Assembly: GCA_032718475.1 (NCBI GenBank)
Contig: JAUCBJ010002881.1
Span: 1 to 38,312 of the forward strand
Source of the DNA: Nemertoderma westbladi
Lineage: Eukaryota > Animalia > Xenacoelomorpha
DNA length: 38,312 nucleotides
Direction: 5' to 3'
A model generated the notes under the pieces. It worked only from the letters and a program-made list of their open reading frames with translations, made no database searches and was not told the origin of the DNA. A program made the position numbers and the translations under genes. The first letter of the stretch is position 1. Each line of letters begins with the position of its first letter. This document shows positions 13,292 through 23,787 of this stretch, one piece after another.

Positions 13292-13904
13292 TTACAAGTA
13301 GCTCAGAATAAAGTAGTACGATTTATTAAAGACTACAAACCTAGGCACCACCTAACTCCAGATAACTTTTCTGAATCTGGACTACTTAACTTAGATAGTA
13401 GAGTTAAGCAGCTACGCCTTAACCATGTGCATAAAGTGTATAATGGTAAATGTCCCAATTACCTAAAACAAAAATTCAACAGAGTACGCGATACACACTC
13501 TTACAGTACCAGAGCTAGTGCTTCAAACTTCTACCTCCCGAATTGTAAATCCTTTGAATCTGATACTTTCTTTTTTAACGGCATTAAAAATTGCAACGCT
13601 CTGCCTAATGAAATTAAAAACCTAGATAATCAACATTCTTTTAAATCTGCTGTTAAATCTCACCTCCGTGTGCAATGTAAAAAAAGGTACAATAGTCCTA
13701 CAGTAAGTTATTAGTTTATTAGTTATTTACTATTTATACTGTAATTACGTTTTATAATAAATTGTTCTGTACATTACATCTTTATCGTTGAGTCGGACAT
13801 TGTCACGCTCTCGGTAAAGTTGTACTCGTATATAGTGTAATTACGTTTTATATTGGTTTTAGGTTAGCGTAGTGTAATATTGTATTTGTAACCAAGTAAC
13901 ATAA

Positions 13905-13948
13905 AGGACCCCCTTGGAAATAAGCTGCAAAGCTTTAGGGGTAATCCT
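13905..13948 (+). other. Putative 3'-UTR stem-loop of the CR1/L2-group LINE
   Basis: aggaccccct...aggggtaatcct imperfect inverted repeat about 90 bp before the tail; L2/CR1 elements carry 3' recognition stem-loops. Confidence 0.45.
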
Positions 13949-14040
13949 ATATGTTATGTTGGACAATACCTTTATACCGGTACATTGTTTGGTGTATTTG
14001 TTATTGTTTTTACATAATGTATAAATAAATCTATCTATCT

Positions 14041-14600
14041 ATTCTCATCCTAACAGGTGCTAATGGGTCATTGCTATTGTACTGTACAGTAAAGATTCCA
14101 TTTATATTTTATACCCCGGCGTATTGGCTTCTTTACATAAGTTAAAAATTTTAACTACGGGAAGCTCCTTGTCGTCCAATTTTAATAGCTTTTGTACGTA
14201 GCGTTTCCTGGCCGTCAAAATCCAATGTAATAATGCAGTGGAATATTAGCCTCCACCAAACATACATCTGAGGGGGGTTTGTATTCGCACAGACAGTAAA
14301 ATTTTTACTCAACGATAATATTGTTTTGTCTATAATATCACTGTTACTATTCAGCCTTGATTCTGACCCGTAGGTGAGTGCTGAAACTACACAAGCCTCA
14401 AAAACTCGCCGTTTCCATAGAAACGGTACTGAGAAGTTATTAGCACAAAAAATACTGAATTTATTAATGTATTCTTCACATCTGGATTTATGTAATTTCA
14501 AAACAGTTATAAGTTTACCATTCGATGTTAAGAGTGAACCTAAGTAAATATAAGAACTGCGCAAGGTAAATTTAACGTTCTGTATAACAAAATGGTAATT
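14041..14600 (-). mobile_element. Upstream part of the same RTEX-like LINE relic (RT thumb region)
   Basis: YIYLGSLL...KRRVFEACVVSALTYGSES; joining 14041 to 10622 across one ATTCTC gives the continuous frame DPLAPVRMRILNRPETTTKFHTY. Confidence 0.8.
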
Positions 14601-14611
14601 TATCAGAGTTA

Positions 14612-14740
14612 GTTCCATTTATCCTAGTAGATACACCCTGGTTAGTTCAAAGTATTCGTGCCGAAACGAACTCCCATGCGGGGATCGAACCCACGACATC
14701 TGGACAGATGTGAATTCAATGCAACCACTTCACCAAGGTA
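14612..14740 (-). mobile_element. tRNA-derived SINE head with short body
   Basis: On the minus strand, A-box TGGTGAAGTGG (14725-14735) and B-box GGTTCGATCCC (14681-14691) at tRNA-like spacing; no convincing cloverleaf. Confidence 0.65.
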
Positions 14741-15370
14741 TTGGTGATGATGGTGGGGTAATAAAAATTACAAATGTTTATTTATTACGGTTGCCATGGA
14801 AATAAACAAAAAAAATAGTTATCATCATAAAATTATGTATCCAACCAAATGTAGTGCAAATGAGAAATGTAAATCATTTTCTGGAAATCTCCACTACAAT
14901 TAATTGTTTAAGGGTTATATAATTATATCTTTTTAATCCGGTCGCATGAAAACGTCCGCAAATGGTCGCATGTTGGAATTTACATATGGCTAGCACTTTT
15001 TCTTGCAAAGTGAACCAAATGGCCAAAGGAAACGTTCGTACAAATTTTCGTATTACAGAAATCCGCCATTAGCAGCTTAGTGTTAATTGTCACCTTGGTA
15101 ATCTTCCTACAATAGGCAATACAGCCCTACACCCTACCTGCTAATCTACTAACCAACTCCTATTGAGCTGTCTGCAGTACTGCAGTATTCCTGTAATCAG
15201 GCAATTGTACCTACACTGAGCCTACACATTCAATACTCAGATACTGCACTGCTGCAATGCCGTTATTTAACTACCCCTGTCAGCCTGTACCCGGTATGTT
15301 TCTCAAAATAATTAATATTGAATTGATGGAAGGATGACCGCCGATTCTTACGAAGTGAACGAATCTACAG

Positions 15371-15520
15371 ATAGGCCTACGGCGCTGTTTGCTACCGGTA
15401 ATTCGCCGAATGGAGCTGCTCGGGGAGTATGGTATAGACCCACAAGTGACTTTCTTACTGGCCGCAGAGTTACGTGAAAATAATACCGAACGCTTTCTAG
15501 AAATATATGACAACATTATT
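15371..15520 (+). other. Candidate host or relic exon (…MELLGEYGIDPQVTFLLAAELRENNTERFLEIYDNII)
   Basis: Open frame between ctacag| and |gtgaga with protein-like composition; no family recognised. Confidence 0.25.
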
Positions 15521-16902
15521 GTGAGAACTCTAACTCTCCGCCAGGTATGTCAGTACTGCAGTAGGCCTACCGGTATGTCTCGAGATCTCTGGAACTACCG
15601 GTACAAACTTGGCAGCTTGGTTGGTGGCTCTGGCCTACAGCCTACAAGGCTAGATATCTGGGCTGGGCTGCGCTGCCTGGGCCTAGCTGCCTAGGTGCTA
15701 GGTTAGTCAGTCAGTGTCAGTAGGTGGTAGGTAGACAGGTAGTGGGGAGGTACCGGTACACATTCTGACATAGTACAACCATGGCCTACTATATACAGAT
15801 ATATACAGATATAGTAGGCCATGGTACAACAATCTGGCAGTACTGCAGTAGGCTGGTAGGTCAGTAGGTAGATAGAAGTCAGATATCTGGATATCAGGAT
15901 ATAGCATATAGCCTAAGCCTACTGGCCTATATATCAGTAGGCCCTCAGCTGGCCCTATACAGCTATACAGCTATATACTGTATACGGTAATATCTGATTA
16001 TATTAATTTTTATTTATTTATTTCTGTATTTATTGACAGATTGACCTGACAGCGAGATAAAACATAAATATTTATAATAGGGCACCGTCACTGTCGAGTG
16101 TCGACAGGTCTAACAGTCAACAGTCTCTCAACAGCTCTAAATAACATACCGACAGCCGACAGGCGGCAGTCCGGTAATAGGCTACAGTAATAACTAATTT
16201 TATAACTTTACTTTATAACTAAATTCGTGCTCCCCTAACTGAAACTGACTTGCTGACTTAACGCAACGTCCTAGTTCAACTGCAGAACTGGTAGCGATGT
16301 GTAGCCGAGGCGGAACCGGGATAGTGCTATCACTGATATCCGCACCCGGTGCTCTTCTGCTCTTCATTCAGTCATTGCGGTACGAGTTACAACGATTGAA
16401 TTACGGTTAGACGGTAGGCTGGACGGGTTACAGGGTTAGTCAGTTAGTGAGGGGTTAGGTATGCAACAGGCAAACAGGTAGAAGCGGCGTTTCGTGGAAC
16501 TCTCAGCACCAGACCGAAGGGACCTTTTGATAACTTCAATTGAAGCAACTGCCGGGCCGGATCGTTGGGGATTGAAAGCAGGTTCTCTATCCTACTGCCC
16601 TATGCTGATCCCATCCGAGTTTGTGTTAGTTTGCAGCAACAGTACATGACGTAGAATAATAGGGAATTTTTGCTTGTGGATGTCGGTATTTTCTAACATA
16701 TAGTACAGGAAGTGGCGCGGACTGGTGGCTGAATACCAGATTCAATAAGGAGCATATCTCTACACACCTTTGAGCCCCTATTGTTTTATTGAAAAATCTA
16801 ACATCAGAACATGGTAAATTTTAAAATTAGGTGGGGTCATTAGGCCTATACCGGTAGGCCTACCCCGACAGGCCTATAATTTTTGCTATCTTTATAATTC
16901 AG

Positions 16903-17038
16903 GTTGATATTCTGAAAGAAGTGGCGAGGAATTGGGCGGAGCTGTCAGATTCCGAGTTCAAATCGCTTTCTCATCGGTTCCCAGACGGCAGTGACGACGT
17001 AGCCACTCGTTTAGTGGAGGATTATTCTAGTGGACGAG
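16903..17038 (+). other. Candidate exon (VDILKEVARNWAELSDSEFKSLSHRFPDGSDDVATRLVEDYSSGR)
   Basis: T-rich tract plus ttcag| acceptor, GC-elevated open frame, gag|gtactg donor. Confidence 0.35.
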
Positions 17039-17769
17039 GTACTGTATTGTAGTATATAGGCCTATTTCTATGGATTCATTTTCAACTCTCCATCGTCGTT
17101 AAACAACCATACTATCAGTATTTGTTGTAATTTATAATTATTTTTCCGCCGCTTAAACTATACTACTACTACTAGGTCGAGCGAACTCGGACAGTGGAAA
17201 TGAGATCCTTCCAGTTGATTGTGTGGTTGTGTGTGGTTGATACGGGTGGTAATAGTACTAGGGATGTGGTGAATGTCCGCATCCGCGGATATTCGCATCC
17301 GCACCCCTGGCGCGGTGCGGATGTTACATGCACTATCTACGCATCCTGTCTGCGCATATCCAACAATAACCACTCAATTTAAAAAAATTATATAATAATT
17401 ACTTTTTTATCTTAAACTTCTTTTGCTTCTTATCTTTAAAATTTTCAAAATATAAAATAATCAAAATTATTTCTTGCTAGATAACTAGAAGTACGAAGTA
17501 AATGCATTAGGTCCGGGTGTATTAAGGATAAGCGCTGGTAGCAATAATTTTGTTTGTTAGATTATTGGGAAAGAATATTTATAGAAGATTGGAATATTAA
17601 AATGCTGGTGTAATCTTTATGTAGAAGGGAGGCCAGACAAAAATATGTATGTTCTAATAGACATCCGCTAAGGACTGCTCTACTGGGGTGACAGCTATAC
17701 TACAGGTGGTATCGCATTCCTGCCGTAGTGGTAGCTGGATCTGGGGACCCTGGCCTGACCTTACAGCTT

Positions 17770-18652
17770 AAATTCCACCTACTGGCTCCAGTAGTCGAGG
17801 AAATCCTGCCAAGTACCTAACTGATCTAGACTTTGCTGATGACTTAGGAGTACTCTCAGAATCACTAGAGGGAGCCCTACGGCTCCTCAGCTCATTAGTG
17901 TCATGTAGTGCTCTTCTAGTGTTGGTCTTTTTATTAACTCCAGAAAGACCAAAATTTTGACAGTTAGCTTTGGAAGTCCTCAGCAAGTCTCTGATCGGTT
18001 GAGCATAAGCTCAAAAGATGGTATGCTTGAGCATGTGGACGACTTCTGTTACCTGGGATCATGGATCCGGAAGTCAGGTGAGGACCTTCGAATACGTAAG
18101 GGAAAGGCATGGGCAGCCTTGAATAGGCTTTCCAGGATTTGGAAGTCACCGAGAATTAATCGGAAACTTAAGGTCCGATTATTTAGAGCAGCAGTAGTTC
18201 CAGTACTCCTCTACGGGAGTCCATGCTGGGCTCCAACTGCTGAGGACACCCAATCTCTGGATGGCACATTCACAAGAATGCTACGCCGGGTTCATTGTGT
18301 CAAGTACAATGCACACATCTCCAACCAGACACTATGTAACATTGGAGGTGTCTCATTGGTTCCCCCAAGCTTGACACTAGAACAAAATCGCCTCCGCTTT
18401 GCAGGACATTGCTTTCGCCGTGAGGACCAGCCAGTGCATAATCTTGTACTTTGGCAGCCTCATGGCGTAAATAAGCATGGTGGACAGCCCATGAATTTCT
18501 TGAGACGCATCTTAAAGGACATTGGCCTTGAAGATGCGGATGATCTAGCAAATGTCATGGGTCATAGGGAGTTGTGGCGGCGCAATTTTGTCGACAAGCT
18601 GGTACAGCATCCTTAAAAACGCATTCTTAAGCATGCCGATCCTAGTAGTAGT
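17770..18652 (+). mobile_element. 5'-truncated RTE-clade LINE (RT C-terminal half), frameshifted, (TAG)n tail
   Basis: KYLTDLDFADDL at about 17811-17846, then VGLFINSRKTK and ORF 17957-18616 with VDDFCYLGSWI, KVRLFRAAVVPVLLYGS and RLRFAGHCFR; tagtagtagt at 18643-18652. The 5' boundary is approximate. Confidence 0.88.
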
Positions 18653-19628
18653 CCCCCTAAATACTCACCATTATGTAACCGAATTGTCATTGGGCCATAG
18701 ACCTTAGTAATTACAATATCATTAAGTATACCCAACTGCAGCCATATTTATTAACTACTGTGGCCTTGTAGGATTCAGGCTTGTAGTAGCTGAGTGCTAC
18801 TGAACAGTGAACACTGAACGTGACTGCTACGATATATGCGTGGCAGATTTGCGAACAATAGTATATACGTATATACGTATACGTAGTATATGCCTGCCAA
18901 CGCCAAGTTTTATCTAACAAACAGGTAAATAACAACGTGGGAGAAGATGCCCTCCAGCTGCAGACTGGGGAATTGTATACGGCTCTGTGTATTATGTTGT
19001 ACAAGATATGGGTGGTGGGATGGGTTGGATGTCTATCTCACCCTGTGAGGGACAGAAATTTATTTTTATATATTAACTTTTGTTTTTTTGTAGAGGATTT
19101 ATTTCCCGACTATTTCGTACGATTTGTACCCAACCATGGGAGTAGAGGAGAAATCAACCGCGATTTAGCAATCTCATCTCTCCAACCAGTAGAGTCGGGT
19201 CTCCAGGTAAGGAAGCGTGTATGATAATGTTTTATTTCAAGGTTCATCGAATATCAATGTTATATATCCGGTCGGATATCCGTCGGACTCTTTCCGGAAG
19301 TCCGGGCCTGATATGAAACCTCACTGAACGGACTTTTTTTTTAAATGTGTTTTTGTTGTTATTATTTTTTTAATCGTCATTTACTTTATATCTAACTTTT
19401 GCCCTACGAGAGGAAATACAATATCTTCCATTTCATCCTATCAATTTCTATATTGGAAATATAAAACACCAAATATCCGGCATTTTGTAATGTGTAATAT
19501 ACACATGTAATATACATGTGTAATAGCAACAAAATGTTATCATTCCTTGTCGGAGCGGCCGGAGCATTGAATTTCAGATTTGATCTCAGTTAAGAAAAGC
19601 GTCCAATAAGTAATTTGGGGGTGTAATC

Positions 19629-21666
19629 GCTACGCCGACAACAGGCAACCGACAGCGGGCAACCGACAGCAGTCAACCGACACCAGGCTACCGACAGCAG
19701 GCTACCGACAGCAGTCAACCGACACCAGGCTACCGACAGCGGGCAACCGACAGCAGGCTACCGACAGCAGTCAGCCGACAGCAGGCTACCGACAGCGGGC
19801 AACCGACAGCAGGATACCGACAGCAGGCTACCGACAGCAGTCAACCGACACCAGGCTACCGACAGCGGGCAACCGACAGCAGGCTACCGACAGCGGGCAA
19901 CCGACAGCAGTCAACCGACACCAGGCTACCGACAGCAGGCTACCGACAGCAGTCAACCGACACCAGGCTACCGACAGCGGGCAACCGACAGCAGGCTACC
20001 GACAGCAATCAACCGACACCAGGCTACCGACAGCGGGCAACCGACAGCAGTCAACCGACATCAGGCTACCGACAGCGGGCAACCGACAGCAGGCTACCGA
20101 CAGCAGGCTACCGACAGCAGTCAACCGACACCAGGCTACCGACAGCGGGCAACCGACAGCAGGCTACCGACAGCAGGCTACCGACAGCAGTCAACCGACA
20201 CCAGGCTACCGACAGCGGGCAACCGACAGCAGGCTACCGACAGCAGTCAACCGACAGCAGGCTACCGACAGCGGGCAACCGACAGCAGGCTACCGACAGC
20301 GGGCAACCGACAGCAGGCAACCGACAGCGGGCAACCGACAGCAGGCTACCGACAGCAGTCAACCGACACCAGGCTACCGACAGCGGGCAACCTTCAGCAG
20401 GCTACCGACAGCAGTCAGCCGATACCAGGCTACCGACAGCAGGCTACCAACAGCAGGCAACCGACAGCGGGCTAACAACGACTGTGGGCAACCGACGGCG
20501 GGCAACCGACAGCAGTCAACCGACACCAGGCTACCGACAGCAGGCTACCGACAGCAGTCAACCGACACCAGGCTACCGACAGCGGGCAACCGACAGCAGG
20601 CTACCGACAGCAGGCTACCGACAGCGGGCTAACGACTGTGGGCAACCGACACCGGGCAACCGACAGCAGTCAACCGACACCAGGCTACCGACAGCGGGCA
20701 ACCGACAGCAGGCTACCGACAGCGGGCTAACGACTGTGGGCAACCGACAGCGGGCAACCGACAGCAGTCAACCGACACCAGGCTACCGACAGCGGGCAAC
20801 CGACAGCGGGCTACCGACAGCAGGCTACCGACAGCGGGCAACCGACAGTAGGCTACCGACAGCAGGCAACCGACAGCGGGCTAACGACAGCGGGCAACCG
20901 ACTGCGGGCAACCGACAGCAGCCAACCGACAGCAGTCAACCGACAGCAGTCAACCGACAGCAGTCAACCGACAGCAGTCAACCGACAGCAGGCAACCGAC
21001 AGCAGTCAACCGACAGCAGTCAACCGACAGCAATCAACCGACACCAGTCAACCGACAGCAGGCAACCGACAGCAGGCAACCGACAGCAGTCAACCGCCGA
21101 CAGCGGGCTACCGACAGCAGGCAACCAACAGCAGGCAACCGACAGCAGTCAACCGACAGCACGCAACCGACAGCAGGCAACCGACAGCAGGCTACCGACA
21201 GCAGGCAACCGACAGCGGGCTAACGACTGTGGGCAACCAACAGCAGGCTACCGACAGCAGGCAACCGACAGCGGGCTAACGACTGTGGGCAACCGACAGC
21301 GGGCAACCGACAGCGGGCAACCGACAGCGGGCAACCGACAGCGGGCAACCGACAGCGGGCAACCGACAGCAGGCAACCGACAGCAGTCAACCGACAGCGG
21401 GCTACCGACAGCAGGCAACCAACAGCAGTCAACCGACAGCACGCAACCGATAGCAGGCAACCGACAGCAGGCAACCGACAGCAGTCAACCTACAGCAGAC
21501 AACCGACAGCAGGCAACCGTTATAAACGTTAAGAGAAAGGAACAGGTTACAGTGGCAAGTTATTATAACGCAAACCTCAAAATGTAATGAAGTGAAGAGT
21601 GCAGCAGCGCCCAGCTTCATTGTTGTTTGTGGTAACCGGTTGTCTGCTGTCGATTGTAGGCGTAGC
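19629..21666. mobile_element. Putative MITE/non-autonomous DNA element carrying an expanded internal minisatellite
   Basis: gctacgccgacaa (19629-19641) is inverted to ttgtaggcgtagc (21654-21666), 12/13 matches; the right arm also holds an inverted copy of the repeat unit (21637-21654). No clean TSD. Confidence 0.55.
19636..21518. repeat. 14-bp minisatellite, about 134 copies, consensus ACCGACAGCRGKCW
   Basis: Direct periodicity; variants ...caggct, ...cgggca, ...cagtca, accgacaccaggct. Confidence 0.98.
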
Positions 21667-22215
21667 TTAGGATTGATTATGATTGACTCTTTAACTTCCG
21701 AACTAAACGTGAATACAAAATAACTAAAGAGCTAATTATTATAGAGTTATGCTCAGCTTGATATTTTCAAGTTAAGTTGAAGTGAACTTCCTACATGAAC
21801 TTAATGAAATAATTTAATAATCATCATTAGCGGAGGTGAATAATTAGCCCCTTTTAGTTACGCGTGACATGTCCCATCCGTCTGTTGTTGATCTGCCAAT
21901 CATTAATTAAATGGAATTCCCCCTTCCTCCCTATGTTTGGGCCAATTAGGAATGTTTGCTTTATCAATTTATGATCAATAGAGTGATTGCAGGACAGCTT
22001 CATTTAATAGATTGTTTAACAACGGTATTTCTTACTATTTTATTAGTTCTATTAGTTTATTCTTATAGATTGAGGTTTTTTTATTGCTTTAATTTAATTT
22101 TGAAACTGTTAAATTTTGGAAGATGATGTATCTGAACATATTTAAAATAACAAATAACAATTTACACTAAGTCTACTAGCTTAGTTATTAGGCAGGTTAT
22201 TACGACATTAGGTTA

Positions 22216-22377
22216 TTACATTCAATGTACAGCACAGCTATATGTACATTCAATGTACTGAACAGCTATATGTACATGCGATGTACTGCATAGCTATATG
22301 TACATGCGATGTACAGCACAGTTATATGTACATTCAATGTGCTGCACAGCTATATGTACATGCGATGTACTGTACAG
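22216..22377. repeat. 28-bp satellite (TATATGTACATGCGATGTACTGCACAGC), left segment
   Basis: About 5-6 units, ending at the TSD of the foldback element. Confidence 0.95.
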
Positions 22378-23787
22378 TAGGGCGGTGCGTTTTTTACTTT
22401 TTTTCGATTTCATTGTTCTACCGGTGCACAAAAGTTGCCAAATGGTAAATAAATAAGGCAAAAAAAATTTCTTTAAATTTCGACTATGTCTTCACGGATC
22501 CCAAGAGGGTTGAAATTTTGTGCCATCGCGATACACCATAATGAAATTTATAACAATATAACACATTGATGAAAGATCAATGACTCAAAAAAGAACTTCC
22601 TGCATGCATCAAATGTCATCAAATGGGTCCAAACTTAGTTACATACCAAAATTTTAATTTTTGGATCAAGGGAAGTTGTGCCACAGGCACATGACCAGAA
22701 CCTACTCTTTGGCGCAAGTGATGATTATTCCCAATTTTGGTGATGGACAACTTTTAGTTCTCCTACGGCATTATTATTATGCTCATTAGAACCGCAATGA
22801 CCGACTTAGTGGGGGTAGACACCATCAAAACAAGCGTAGAGCGAATAGTTCTTGAGATATTACAGAAAATGTTAAGTACGGCACATGTCAACATTACTGC
22901 CTTGATGCACAGACAAATACACAAAAATGTTTCTTCTAATTATCTTAAGGCATCAAAAATATACACATCACTGCAGCAAATTGATTTAGTGTATACAGAG
23001 ACCTTCAAAATTAAAGAGTAGTACATAATACACTATAGTTTTTGTACAAAATGTGTGGAATGGGTCAACTCAATATCAAGTAGTAATTGGTGGACATATA
23101 GTCTTGACATTTTGTAAAATAACTCGGAAGAACTAATGACTCTACTCTTATTTTGAAGGTGTCTTCACCCATTATATCCATCATTTCTGTGATGTGTCTA
23201 TTTTTTGATTCCTTGAGATAATTCAAAATATCATTTATTGTGTATTTGTCCATATCACATCAAGGCGGTAATGTAGACTTGTGCCGTACTTCACATTTTC
23301 TGCGATATCTCAAGAACTATTCGCTCTACGTTTGTTTTGAAGGTGTCTACCCCCACTAAATCGGCCATTGCGGTTCTAATGAGCATAATATGAATGCAGT
23401 AGGAGAACTCAAAGTTGGCCATCGCGAAAATTGAGAATAATCATCACTTGCGCCAAATGGTAGGTTCTGGCCATGTGCCTGTGGCACTAGTTCCCTTGAC
23501 CCAAAAGTTAAAATTTTGGTATCTAACTAAGTTTGGACCCATTTTATGACATTTGATGCATGCAGGAAGTTCTTTTTTGAGTCATTGATCTTTCATCAAT
23601 GTGTTATATTGTTATACATTTCATTATGGTGCATCGCGATGGCACAAAATTTCAACCCTCTTGGGATCCGTGAAGATATAGATGAAATTTAAAGAAATTT
23701 TTTTTGCCTTATTTTTTTACCATTTGGCAACTTTTGTGCACCGGTAGAACAATGAAATCGAAAAAAAGTAAAAAACGCACCGCCCTA
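22378..23787. mobile_element. 1410-bp foldback non-autonomous DNA transposon, hAT-like
   Basis: Ends TAGGGCGGTGCG...CGCACCGCCCTA; 8-bp TSD CTGTACAG (22370-22377, 23788-23795); arms complementary almost to the centre (about 23080); no transposase. Confidence 0.9.

Larger units (their letters stand above)
10629..14040 (+). mobile_element. 5'-truncated, frameshifted CR1/L2-group LINE, interrupted at 12181-13291
   Basis: RT motifs [37 protein letters not shown] and KYLG in ORF pieces 10647-12066; C-terminus at 13292-13714; 3' aataaa+(tcta)n tail to 14040; ATTCTC on both sides (10623-10628, 14041-14046). Confidence 0.9.

Noticed and set aside
14665-14740. Functional tRNA gene
   Set aside because: A/B boxes are present, but acceptor and anticodon stems do not pair convincingly; better explained as a SINE head.
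16903-17038. Death-domain resemblance of the candidate exon peptide
   Set aside because: Only a vague W..L pattern; cannot be supported without a profile search.
17259-17335. TAGGGATG start with repeated cgcatccgc/gcggat motifs as a hAT MITE end
   Set aside because: No partner terminus or TSD could be located.
20484-21587. 367-aa repetitive ORF (RQQATDSSQPTAGN)
   Set aside because: Stop-free frame of the 14-bp minisatellite; the period is not a multiple of 3 and there is no ATG start.
22779-23253. Convergent ORFs inside the foldback element as a transposase
   Set aside because: Short, partly mirror each other because of the palindrome, and lack DDE or BED motifs.
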